DNA of 64,000 nucleotides, taken from positions 186,001 to 250,000 of the IMG/VR virus record IMGVR_UViG_3300030102_006934. One strand, 5' to 3'. Each line of letters starts with the position of its first letter. Within the stretch, counting starts at the first letter, position 1. Made by a program: the position numbers and the translations under genes. Of the stretch, positions 37,912 through 48,400 are shown in pieces. The notes beneath the pieces are model-generated. The model was given only the letters and a program-made list of their open reading frames with translations. It was not told the origin of the DNA and did no database searches.

Positions 37912-38676
37912 ATGCTTTGAATCGAACCAAAAAGTTCTACCATTTCTATCTTTAATTTTTTCCTTTTTAGTATAACACCTCATCCATTCTCTAAATGTTA
38001 ATTTATCATCAAAGTATGGATTCATCCATTGTGATAGTTGTCCACCTCCTAGTTGGTAAGCTTCTTCAACCACAGTATCACACAAAGATAACATTTTTTT
38101 ATTTTTAATAGCTTCTCTAGAGGATACAAATGGGTCTTGGTCAGCTCTATCTAAAATCTCAGCTCTAAGGTAGTTACCCATTCCGTTGAAGTATTTTTGA
38201 TCTAACATTAATTCGTAAATTGGTTTGTCGAATATTTTTTTATGAGAATTATTATGTAAGTTGTCTACAAAATCATCCCATTCAGTTAACATACAAGGAC
38301 CTCTATTATCAGACCATCCATTACTTTCCTTCCATCTAGAAAATCTTCTAACATCATACATACATAATTTACCACCACTTAATGATTCAAAAATTATATG
38401 TGAGTGTTTAGGTACATTACCCTTCTCAATAAAAACCCAATTACCAGACATACCCATACCCATTAAAAACCTTTTCTCTTTTTTAGTTTTTACATCTTCA
38501 ATGACCAACATTAACTCTTTACCTCTACTAAAAGAATAAATTTTAAACTCTTTATAAGGTACACTTATATTTGGGTTTTTATTCTTTTCAGATTTTTTAA
38601 CGTCAACATAAGTTTCGTCTTTACTAACATAATTAATGTATTCAGACATAATTTTGACTTCTGCTAATTCAGGCAT
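37894..38676 (-). CDS. nei: Fpg/Nei DNA glycosylase, NEIL1-like (zincless finger)
   Basis: MPELAEV (Pro2-Glu3), RGKEL, GMSG, DVRRF, H2TH LDQKYFNGMGNYLRAEIL, DRNGRTFWF; no Cys4 zinc finger. Confidence 0.9.
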   Translation of the reverse strand: MPELAEVKIMSEYINYVSKDETYVDVKKSEKNKNPNISVPYKEFKIYSFSRGKELMLVIEDVKTKKEKRFLMGMGMSGNWVFIEKGNVPKHSHIIFESLSGGKLCMYDVRRFSRWKESNGWSDNRGPCMLTEWDDFVDNLHNNSHKKIFDKPIYELMLDQKYFNGMGNYLRAEILDRADQDPFVSSREAIKNKKMLSLCDTVVEEAYQLGGGQLSQWMNPYFDDKLTFREWMRCYTKKEKIKDRNGRTFWFDSKHKKTLQ

Positions 38677-38678
38677 TA

Positions 38679-38870
38679 TTATCTATTTTTATTGATTATT
38701 TTTTCTATTTTTTCAACCGTAGAGTCATCCAACTTCATTCTACCACCAAATTCCATTTTTATGATTAGTAGCTCGTTACTTATTGATGATATATCCGAGG
38801 TGTTCTTCCTTAATTTTGTTAACTCTCCTTTTAATTCTAATAAAAGGTCTAATCCTTTATTGATTGTCAT
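38679..38870 (-). CDS. Small hypothetical protein
   Basis: Sits between the peptidase and nei genes with tight spacing. Confidence 0.55.
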   Translation of the reverse strand: MTINKGLDLLLELKGELTKLRKNTSDISSISNELLIIKMEFGGRMKLDDSTVEKIEKIINKNR

Positions 38871-38879
38871 CTTTTTGAT

Positions 38880-39719
38880 TTAATTTTCGTCACCACCCTC
38901 CTCTAAAATAGTAGAGTAGTTAGGTTTATTTGTTAATAATTCACTTTTGGAACCTTCATAAAAGTTTTCACCGAGAATACTATGAAGTTTAATACCTAGA
39001 TTAAAAGCGTTTTGTACTTCTTCAACAACAACATATTCATCATCTGTATGATATCTATGGTAACCAGCCGCTAAATTAAGACAAGCGAAGTTGAATTTTT
39101 CCATTAAAGGCCAAATGTCCGTATATGGATGTCTTTCCCAACTAGTAACACCATGTTCTAATATTGGTTCGGAAACTTTTTCAGCGAAATCACTATTTTC
39201 AGAGAATAACCTTTTACCCATTAAAGTTAAACTCATTGAATTACCTTTGGGTGAATCATATTGAATAGCGTAACCCACATCTTTAAAAAAGTTAGGGTCT
39301 GCTTGATTTGAACCTATACAACCTATTTCTTCGGAAACAAAAAAGGCGACTTTAACATTATCTAATTTGTCTAACATCTCCAAACAAAGGTAAACACCAC
39401 ATTTATCATCCCCACCAATTCCTGAAGGTCTCATTGTTGTAGAATCAATACCAGTTAATATGGTCTTACCTTCTTCTTCTAGTTGAATGACTTTAAGATT
39501 TTTATTCACTCTATGAACTGTATCTGTGTGCGACACAAAACAAGGAAAATTATCAGTTTTACCTTTAGTAACATATATATTACCTATTTCATCTATATGA
39601 TGTTTGTAATTCTTTTGTGTTAGAACTTCTTTCAGATAATCTATCATCAATCCTTCATCTCTAGAGAATGTAGGTACCGATAATACTTCTTTCAATCTGT
39701 TTAAATTAGGGTCTTTCAT
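38880..39719 (-). CDS. M28/M20/M42-clan metallopeptidase
   Basis: SHTDTVH, GGDDKCG, SEEIG, YHTDDE. Confidence 0.85.
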   Translation of the reverse strand: MKDPNLNRLKEVLSVPTFSRDEGLMIDYLKEVLTQKNYKHHIDEIGNIYVTKGKTDNFPCFVSHTDTVHRVNKNLKVIQLEEEGKTILTGIDSTTMRPSGIGGDDKCGVYLCLEMLDKLDNVKVAFFVSEEIGCIGSNQADPNFFKDVGYAIQYDSPKGNSMSLTLMGKRLFSENSDFAEKVSEPILEHGVTSWERHPYTDIWPLMEKFNFACLNLAAGYHRYHTDDEYVVVEEVQNAFNLGIKLHSILGENFYEGSKSELLTNKPNYSTILEEGGDEN

Positions 39720-39742
39720 TTTAAAATCTTTTAATATTTAGA

Positions 39743-39774
39743 CAAATATAAAGACTTTTTTCCTATTAAACAAA
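39743..39774 (-). promoter_or_regulatory. Bacteroidota sigma-A type promoter
   Basis: TTTG (39774-71)-N20-TATATTTG (39750-43), an exact match to the -33/-7 consensus. Confidence 0.75.
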
Positions 39775-39941
39775 TTTTTTGTGATTTTTTTTGCTAGCGA
39801 AAGCTTTTCTTTGAGCTTATATGTATATTATATTAAGTAAAAGCATATTAATAATAATGATCTAAAAGCTGCTTAAAAAAATAAAAACAAAATATTTATG
39901 AATGTAAATAGTATAATAAAAGTTTTATAAAAAAAATATTA

Positions 39942-40715
39942 ATGGACGTACAAAATCAAACAATAGAAAACAAAAGTGTACAAGTAGAAGTACCTTATGA
40001 TATAATACCGTTACCTTCAAAAGGTTTATTATATCCAGGTAGAAAACCTAATTTAGAGGTTGAATACTTAACCGCTATGGATGAAAACATTCTAACATCT
40101 CCTAATCTTTTACAGTCAGGTAAATTTATAGAGGTTTTAATGAAAAGAAAAATAAGAAAAGGCCAAGTATCTCACGATGATTTGTTACTCGGTGACAGGA
40201 ATTCTATCTTAATATGGTTAAGAGCTACTGGTTATGGTGAAAAATATCCAGTAACAATACAAACACCAGAAGGACTAGAAATAGAAACAGAGGTAGATTT
40301 AACAAAATTGAAACAAAAAGAATTAGGAGCAGAACCAGACGATAATGGATTATTCGATTTTACCTTACCCCAATCTAAGAAAAGAATTAAATTTAGGTTA
40401 TTAACGGTAAAAGATGAAGATGAATTAACAAAAAGAGAAAAAGCTCAAGAAAAAAGAAAGGCTGAATTTTCAGACAGCTTAACACACAAGTTAGGTACAC
40501 ATATCATGAGTATTGATGGTCGTAATGATAAAGAATGGATACATAATTTTGTTAGAGTTATGCCGGCTAGAGATTCATTAGCTTTAAGAAGATATATAAA
40601 TGATATCGAACCAGGTGTCGATTTATCTATCACAGTGGAGGGTCCTGGAGGTGACCCTATAGACACATTTCTTGTCCTTGGACCAGACTTTCTTTGGCCT
40701 GAGTTCGGAGTATAA
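39942..40715 (+). CDS. Baseplate hub assembly / tail assembly chaperone (gp26-like)
   Basis: IPLPSKGLLY, LTAMDENIL, LLLGDR, LRATGYG, FTLP, FRLLT, FLWP terminus. Confidence 0.8.
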   Translation: MDVQNQTIENKSVQVEVPYDIIPLPSKGLLYPGRKPNLEVEYLTAMDENILTSPNLLQSGKFIEVLMKRKIRKGQVSHDDLLLGDRNSILIWLRATGYGEKYPVTIQTPEGLEIETEVDLTKLKQKELGAEPDDNGLFDFTLPQSKKRIKFRLLTVKDEDELTKREKAQEKRKAEFSDSLTHKLGTHIMSIDGRNDKEWIHNFVRVMPARDSLALRRYINDIEPGVDLSITVEGPGGDPIDTFLVLGPDFLWPEFGV

Positions 40716-40920
40716 ACCTTATTTAACCAATGAAATATTTATATGTACCAAACATATAGGATTTACTAGAGCAGACATAATGTCAATGCCTATTTGGGAA
40801 AGAAGGAATTATATAACTCAACTTTTAGAAGAAAAAGAAGAAGAAAAAAAACAAATGGATAGAGTTAATAGTACATCATCTAGTAGTGGTGGAAAAAGAA
40901 CTAGGAGAGTGACTACTTAA
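40696..40920 (+). CDS. +1-frame extension of the tail chaperone (gpT-like), probably made as a frameshift fusion
   Basis: Overlapping +1 ORF without a good start; MPIWERR-type motif; slippery TTT CTT TGG at 40689-40697. Confidence 0.6.
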   Translation, partial: GLSSEYKPYLTNEIFICTKHIGFTRADIMSMPIWERRNYITQLLEEKEEEKKQMDRVNSTSSSSGGKRTRRVTT

Positions 40921-40934
40921 GTCACTCTTTTTTT
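40906..40934 (+). terminator. Intrinsic terminator
   Basis: AGAGTGACT-ACTTA-AGTCACTCT-TTTTTT. Confidence 0.8.
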
Positions 40935-40965
40935 CTTTCTCGTATATTTATAATAAAAAGAAAGT

Positions 40966-42573
40966 ATGGACTTAAAATTAGGGAGTGTACTGAATTCAAG
41001 TGTTGATGATTTATTAATAAAAGAATTCTTCACTATAGGTAAGGGTGAAATATTCAAAGACTATATACCGATACAATTTTTTAATGAACCAGTAAAGACA
41101 AGAATGGTCCTTGACGGTCTTGAGACAGAAGGAGAAATGACTTTAACTGATAGTGATTACAGTTCACACGAACAAGGTGAAGGTAAACCTTTAGAAACAT
41201 ATACTTTTAATTACATACCAATCAGAACTTTAGACGGTAAAATAAAAAAGGGTGATAGGTTTATAATTAAAATTAAGGGTAGTGATATGTACAACCCAAA
41301 AATTAAAACTCCAGCACTTGAAATGGATAGAGGTTATACTACATTAACCGATAAGGTAGGTAATGGTAGTGATGGTACAACCGAAAAAGAACAAGAAGGA
41401 AGTGGTGATGAACAAAATGTATCTACAGACGAAGAAACTTTTAAAGATTTAGACTCTAGTTTAAAAAATATAAAATCACAAACACCAAATCTAAAATCAC
41501 TAGATATAAGTGGTAGGGGTGATAAAGACCCAAGTTTTAGAAGAAATGTGGTTTTAAATTTCGCTAATTCTAGTAAAACAAATATTAAAATACAAGGAAA
41601 GTCTTTATTCGACATGTTAAAAAAACTTTCTGACGATAAAATAGTTGAGAAAGATGAGGTAAAATGGACAGACGAGGTATCAAAATTTTTCAATGATTTA
41701 CTAAAACTATTTAGTGAACTACATAAATGTTGTAAAGAAAATAAATTATATATAAGAATAAAAAAATTCTTAAAAGAATTATATGACGCTTTAAAAAATG
41801 TCAGAGGTAAATACAAAGATGAAAAACAAAGAGACTTAGCTTATACTAAAATAATTATGTCAATGAGCGATATTATAAATTACATATCTAAAGCTAGTAA
41901 TTTCAGTAATCAAGGACAAAAAACAGAAAATATAATAAAAGAAGAACCTAAAGTTACAAAAATAACTTTCAAAGACTTTAATGTGAATACACCAAAAACA
42001 GCTACTGATGCAAAGGAAAAAATTTTTGATGACGATAATTTAAGTCAAAGAGAAATGGAAAGATTAGCTTTTAAACTGTATGGTAAAGATGCTGGTAAGT
42101 TTTTCCCTAAATTGTCTTTAAAATTTAAAGATATACCAAGTTTATTTGGTCTTGTTGGTTCTGGTGGTATAGAAACGAGACAGGACAAGTTAGCTGATAA
42201 ATATGGTATATATAACCTAGACCGTATGGTTGGTGATAGTAGCTCTAAGAGTATGGATAACACACCCCAATACAAATTACGATTCGATAAAGATGTAAAA
42301 ATCGCAGACGCTAAAAGTGGGATTAAATTAGAAATTAAAAAGGACGAAGAAAAAATATTTAATTATGATCAATCTAATAAAGTTTTAATACACAAGACCA
42401 GTAGTAAAAGTCAAAATGTTAGTCAAATTTTTATAGAAATAGATGAAGAACCAAAAAAAGGTAAATCTTATGATGAAAAAATAACTAAAATAATACCTAT
42501 AAGAGGTGGGGTACTAGAGAATAACCCAAACTACAAAGTTAAATTTACGGTAGTAGACGGCCCAAATAAATAA
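40966..42573 (+). CDS. Hypothetical late protein
   Basis: Long Lys-rich ORF with TATTTATA upstream; no recognised domain. Confidence 0.7.
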   Translation: MDLKLGSVLNSSVDDLLIKEFFTIGKGEIFKDYIPIQFFNEPVKTRMVLDGLETEGEMTLTDSDYSSHEQGEGKPLETYTFNYIPIRTLDGKIKKGDRFIIKIKGSDMYNPKIKTPALEMDRGYTTLTDKVGNGSDGTTEKEQEGSGDEQNVSTDEETFKDLDSSLKNIKSQTPNLKSLDISGRGDKDPSFRRNVVLNFANSSKTNIKIQGKSLFDMLKKLSDDKIVEKDEVKWTDEVSKFFNDLLKLFSELHKCCKENKLYIRIKKFLKELYDALKNVRGKYKDEKQRDLAYTKIIMSMSDIINYISKASNFSNQGQKTENIIKEEPKVTKITFKDFNVNTPKTATDAKEKIFDDDNLSQREMERLAFKLYGKDAGKFFPKLSLKFKDIPSLFGLVGSGGIETRQDKLADKYGIYNLDRMVGDSSSKSMDNTPQYKLRFDKDVKIADAKSGIKLEIKKDEEKIFNYDQSNKVLIHKTSSKSQNVSQIFIEIDEEPKKGKSYDEKITKIIPIRGGVLENNPNYKVKFTVVDGPNK

Positions 42574-42593
42574 TAAACTAAAAAAGTAAAAAG

Positions 42594-45449
42594 TTGGCAT
42601 TTAATCCTAAAGATCTTAACGCTTATAAAGAGTTTCTAAACACACAACAGAAAATTTCGGAGACAATTAGTAAAGGAACTAAATCTTTTGCTGTTGGAGC
42701 TAAAGATGCCATAAAAGCTTCTAGAGATTTAAATAAAATAAAAAAAGATTTAAATAGGTTAGAAAAAGAAGAGAAGGAACTTTTAGAAAGGAAAAAAGAC
42801 CTTTCAGGAGAAGAATTAAGAATAGCTGAAGAAAAACTAAAAGTAATTCAGGCAGAAAAGAAAGCCACTGAAGATATACTCAAAAAACAAGAAGCCTTAT
42901 CTAAAGCTCTATCTAGTCAAGTAACTAGTGTTAAAAATTTAGCAGTAGCCTTAGGTAGAGATACATACAAAGCTTTAAGTAAAGTAACTGTAAAAGCTAA
43001 AGAACTAGGTAAAGAATTCTCAGAGTATGATGATGCTATGAGAAGAACCGCTGTCAACATCGGTGTTGTTGGTAAACAGTTTAATCAAATGCGTAAAGAA
43101 GCTTATAAAGCTTCCTTGATGACACAAAGAATAGGTGTTAGTGCAAAAGAACTCGTACAAAATTATGGTGAATATGTAGATGAGATAGGTAGATTAGTAC
43201 CCTTATCTAGAAGTGCTGGTAAAGCATTAGCTTACATGGGACAAGGTACAGCTTTAGGAGCTCAAGGAGCTGCTCAAATGGCAGCTAGTTTAGATAACTT
43301 TGGTATGTCTATTGAAACTAGTGCTAAATTCGTGGAAGACATAGTTAATATGTCTGAAAAGATGGGTGTTAATTCTGGTAAAACATTAAAAATGTTAAAT
43401 CAGAATTTATCTAAAGCGGCTACTATGAACTTTAATGGTGGTGTGAACGCAATGGCTAAAATGGCAGCAACCGCCGTCAAGTTAAAAGGGGACATGGCTA
43501 GTACACTAAGTTTCGCAGAAAGAATGTACCAACCCGAAGAAGCTATTAAAACCGCTGCTAGTTTCCAAATGTTAGGTGGAGCTATTGCTGGTATTGGTGA
43601 TGGTTTACAACTAATGTCTAAATCAATGTTTGACCCAGAAGGTCTTCAAAAAGATATAGCGAAAGCTGCTGCTTCTTTATTCAAAATGGAAGACGGACAA
43701 GCTAAAATATCTGGTGTAGTGGCATCGAATAAGTTAAGGGTAATGGCTGAACAACTTAACATGTCCAAAGAGGAACTAGCCGCTCAAGGTCAAATATATA
43801 AAAAACAAGAACAAATAGGTAAATCACTTTCTCGTAGAATGGACCCTGAAACTAGAGAGTTTATTAAAACAATCGCGACTTATGATGAAAAATCTGGTGG
43901 GTTTGTAGTTAAAGCGGATGGTAAAACTATACAAGTTGCTAATCTACAACAGTCTACAGCTCAGATGTTAATGTCTGAGAACAAAACCTTAGAAAAAAGA
44001 GCAGAAGATGCACAAGGGTTTATGACTAGGATTAAAAATCTAATGGAGTCTTTAAAGAACTTAGGTTTCGCTTTCTTTGCTGGTTTAGATAAAACTATAG
44101 GGCCTATGTTAGACCGTTTAACGGGTAGAGGTGAAGGTACTTTAACTAGTTTCGCTGAGAAGTTCGAGAGTTGGGGTGAACAATTAGGTACTTGGCTTAG
44201 TACTGGATTGGTACCATTAATGGAAACTGGAATACCTATGGTTCAAAAATCCGCTAAGTTTGTTGTTTCTACAATACAACAAGGAATTAATTTTATAAAA
44301 TCAATTTATAAATCAGCTGAAGAGTTAATGGTTAAACATGTAATTCCTTTCGTAAAGGATGTCGCTGAATATGTAAAACAATTTTGGGCAGATAATGGTT
44401 CCTCCATAAAAGAACTTGGTGCAGCGATGGCAAATGCTACTACAGCAATGTTACCAGTATTAGTTAAGGTGGCTAAATTTTTAGGACCTGGTGGTATATT
44501 TGCTATATTATTAATGAAAAAATTCCCAGGACTTATGGGTGGTTTATTCCGAGGGTTAGCTAATAGTACCAAAGGTGTATTTAACAGATTATTTGGAATG
44601 CCTGGATCTAGTCCCGCTAGACCTAGTTATGTAGTACCCATGGGTGGTGGAGCTATGGGCGGTGGAGCTATGGGTGGTAGAGGTGGACCAATGATGGGAC
44701 CAATGGGAGCAACGGGAGCTAGAGGAGCCGCCACAACAGGAAAATTCGCTTCGGGACCTAGAGCTGGACAAAGGTATTATCAAGTAGGTGGACAATTTGC
44801 TTCTGCGGCACAATACAAAGCCGCTGGGGGGTTGTCGGCTGCGGGTAGACTTGGTAACATGATGGGTGCTGCTTCACCCTACATGATGTTAGGTGGTTTA
44901 GCTTTAGGAATTGGTAGACAATTCTTGGATAATACTAATTCTGCTGCTGGAAAAGCGATGGGAATGGGTGCTGGTATTCTAGGTGGTGCTGGTACTGGAG
45001 CAATGTTAGGTAGTATGATAGGACCAGTAGGTACCTTAGTTGGAGGTATTGTAGGTGGTTTAATTGGTGGTGTTAATTCTTATATGAATGAATACGTTAC
45101 AAAAGAAGTACCTAAAATGTCTAACGACAAAGCCATTTCAAAACTAGATAATATGACCTTCGCGTCAAATAAAACTGGTTACATGGCAGATGGACAAATT
45201 GCTGGTGGTGGTTCTGTAATTTTTTCCCCTGCAGGTACTTATTTTACAGATAAAAAGGATTACGTCACCGCATCAACAAACAACCCTCTAAATGGAAATG
45301 GCGGAACCACTAACGGTAATATCACAGTCAACGGTACAATAAAATTAGATACAGGAAACTCGTCAATGCAAGTTGACTTCGAGAAAATGAGTGCTTCTGA
45401 AAAACAACAATGGGTACAAATAGTTGTGGCGGGAATGAAAAATATGTAA
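42594..45449 (+). CDS. Tape measure protein
   Basis: Helical and Ala/Gly/Met-rich, with hydrophobic and glycine-zipper segments; downstream of tube and chaperone; TTG start. Confidence 0.8.
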   Translation: MAFNPKDLNAYKEFLNTQQKISETISKGTKSFAVGAKDAIKASRDLNKIKKDLNRLEKEEKELLERKKDLSGEELRIAEEKLKVIQAEKKATEDILKKQEALSKALSSQVTSVKNLAVALGRDTYKALSKVTVKAKELGKEFSEYDDAMRRTAVNIGVVGKQFNQMRKEAYKASLMTQRIGVSAKELVQNYGEYVDEIGRLVPLSRSAGKALAYMGQGTALGAQGAAQMAASLDNFGMSIETSAKFVEDIVNMSEKMGVNSGKTLKMLNQNLSKAATMNFNGGVNAMAKMAATAVKLKGDMASTLSFAERMYQPEEAIKTAASFQMLGGAIAGIGDGLQLMSKSMFDPEGLQKDIAKAAASLFKMEDGQAKISGVVASNKLRVMAEQLNMSKEELAAQGQIYKKQEQIGKSLSRRMDPETREFIKTIATYDEKSGGFVVKADGKTIQVANLQQSTAQMLMSENKTLEKRAEDAQGFMTRIKNLMESLKNLGFAFFAGLDKTIGPMLDRLTGRGEGTLTSFAEKFESWGEQLGTWLSTGLVPLMETGIPMVQKSAKFVVSTIQQGINFIKSIYKSAEELMVKHVIPFVKDVAEYVKQFWADNGSSIKELGAAMANATTAMLPVLVKVAKFLGPGGIFAILLMKKFPGLMGGLFRGLANSTKGVFNRLFGMPGSSPARPSYVVPMGGGAMGGGAMGGRGGPMMGPMGATGARGAATTGKFASGPRAGQRYYQVGGQFASAAQYKAAGGLSAAGRLGNMMGAASPYMMLGGLALGIGRQFLDNTNSAAGKAMGMGAGILGGAGTGAMLGSMIGPVGTLVGGIVGGLIGGVNSYMNEYVTKEVPKMSNDKAISKLDNMTFASNKTGYMADGQIAGGGSVIFSPAGTYFTDKKDYVTASTNNPLNGNGGTTNGNITVNGTIKLDTGNSSMQVDFEKMSASEKQQWVQIVVAGMKNM

Positions 45450-45482
45450 CATAAAGAATATTTATTAAAAAAGTTAGACAAT

Positions 45483-48400
45483 ATGCCTTCTATAAATCCC
45501 GAAAATTACAACATAAACAGTTTCAATAGTCAAACATTAGGACCAATTACAGTCCAAGACTTTAGGGATTATGTGTTAAAACACAACCTCCCTGGTTTAG
45601 ACCCAGTTTTAGCTAGTAACGGAATAGATAATTACGGCTTAAATATTTACGCACCTTTATTATTTAACCCATCAGATACGGTGAACGATTTACCTAATTT
45701 ATCTGAAGTAGCTTTTATACCTAGCCCAATAAACGATAATACCTCACCTAGACCAGACAATAAAAAAAGAAATTTATTCACCAACGAAGAACCTTTCATT
45801 GGTTCTGAAACAGAGGAAGAGATTTTTTCTGTAACAACAAGGTCTCTGGAAGATCCAGGTTCTATAGATTCTTGGGTAGAGGGAGCTGGTTTTTCAACAG
45901 ATGTATTTTCGGTTAGAAATTTTAACAACTTAACTAACAATGAGTACGGACCAGAATACGTAGAAACTTATAATGACCCTGACCAACCATTAGAATCTAC
46001 AGGTTATAAACAATATCCATCAGACGCTGGTGGAGATGTAATAGGACCAGTAATAGCTAGAAGTTTAGGTTTTAGTCCTGAGAATTTTATTAATTTCCCA
46101 TCACCACTACAAGATACAGCTAAGGAAAGAAGAATTGAAGAATTAACAAATAGAGTTAAATTAAACTTTGTTGATGATACTGTTGGTAGATTAAATTTAG
46201 ACCCTTTAGGTTTATTAGCTGGACAAAGCATTTTTCTACCAGATTATACAATAACTAAAAGAAAAGGTATACTTGGTAAAGCGGCTCAATTCGCAGCTAG
46301 TTTAGGTGGTTTCAATTGGCCTAGAAGTCCACTAAAAGGTGGCAAAAATCCTGACTTAGGGAGTAACGCTTTCCAAGCAGACTTATTAGACTTCACTGGT
46401 AAAGCACAAAGGAAAATTTTATATAAAAATGTTTACTCTAGTAAGTACACACCAGAATTACTAACAAAAGGTTATGATTTAGAAAATGCGGGAGCCGATA
46501 CTTTAAGTGCTGGTGGAGCCGAATCTTTAGGTGAGGGAAAGAAAACACCTAACAACTATTTAAAATTAAATAAAAAATTAAATAAAGACGAATCTACTAG
46601 AGAACGTAGAGTAGGTAATTGGTTAAGGGATTTAACAACTAAAGGAGATCAAACATTACAACCAGATAGTGATAGACTAACCACACCATCGGACCCATTT
46701 GTAACCATGGGTGTAACAGGACAATATCCATCAATAGATAATCTTGATCCCGAATCTACATTTGTTGAATTAGATTTTATAACACCACCATCTTATCAAT
46801 ATGGGGATGAAAACTACTACCCAAACAAAACCACATTAAAACCATCACAAGAGGATAGTGATAGTGGTCTAAATAGTTTTACTCACACAACACCTGGTAC
46901 AAAAAACTTATTCTATTGGCAGAATAGGGACAGAAGTGTCGCTAAAAGAGGTTTATTAGATTTTACTCAAAAAATGATTAATAATACAGACGCGAATGGA
47001 TATAGAGGTGGAGCTAAATTTATTGGTCGTTTTGATAGTGATAGTAATCTAAAGGATGTACAAGTTGATGTGGGTGATGGAGATGTAAGAAACGTACCTA
47101 GGTCGAAAGATGTCTCCAAAGGTAACTTACTTCGAGGAGCAGATGGTGACCATTATTGTCGTTCATGGACAACTAGAAATCCATACCAAAACCATTATGA
47201 TTTAATTAGAAGAAGTAGGTTATACAGAGCGGGTGGTGGTTCGGATACAGGACCATTCCCAGGGCCATACCAAAGTACATTAGAAGATAATGGACATGTT
47301 AAGATAGCACCTTATTCGTCAGATGACTTTGATATTGATGCCGATGTAACAAATGCTAGAGGAATATTTAACTCTGGTAATGATGTTAAAAGATATATGT
47401 TCTCCATAGAAAATTTAGCTTGGGCTGATGCAACAGAAAAAATAGCATTAGAAACTTGTGAAATAGGCCCAAATGGTGGTAGAATAATGTGGTTCCCACC
47501 TTATGATATTAACTTTACAGATAATACAACGGCTAATTGGGACTCAACCGTATTCTTGGGTAGAGCTGAACCAGTCTACACATATAATCATACAGAAAGA
47601 AAAGGTACTTTAAGTTGGTCTATAATTACAGATCACCCATCCGTTTTAAATAAACTAAAAAGTCCATTAGAGGGTAAAATATTAGAATTTTTTGCTGGAT
47701 GTGGTGTAGATGTTACTAAATTTTATGAAGAAATAAAAGAAGAAATTTTAAGGATAGAAATACCAGTAATCGAAGATGAGGATGAAGATGATGATGAAGA
47801 TGAAGTTATTACACCAACTCCAGTAATAAAAAAAGAACCACCCGTTAAAAAGTTAAGTTTTTATTTTAGGAATGCTGGACCAGGAGATGGTAGTGCTAAA
47901 GGTAGACCTGGTGTGGGTAGAACTATCGAGAAAGAAATTGCCGTAAATTATGATACGGGTAAATTTAGTAGTGATGGTGTTGGAAAGAATCAAATATCTA
48001 AAACTAAAACAGGTGATTATTTAATGTTGAATGAAAATCGTTGGTTTACAACGGAAGGTGATGAGAGTAAGGGTATAGATGCTTTAATAGACTTTTTAGC
48101 AACAGAAGACGGTCAAGAATGGTCTATTAAATTAGAGGGTTTCTGTAGTGCCGCTTCAACCGACACATATAATCAAATGTTATCCATAGATAGGGTACAA
48201 CGTGTTTATGAGTATATGGCTAAAGCCGTAAAAGAAAGAGGTGAAACTGGTGGTTCTGGTTATACATATATACCTGAAAACTTTAAAAAGGCACATTTTG
48301 GTTATAAGTGTACTGATGGTACCGATGATAAAAGAACTTCTTATCGAAAACAAAAAGATGCTGAACTAGGTATGGATTCTAGGAAATGTGCAGAATGTTT

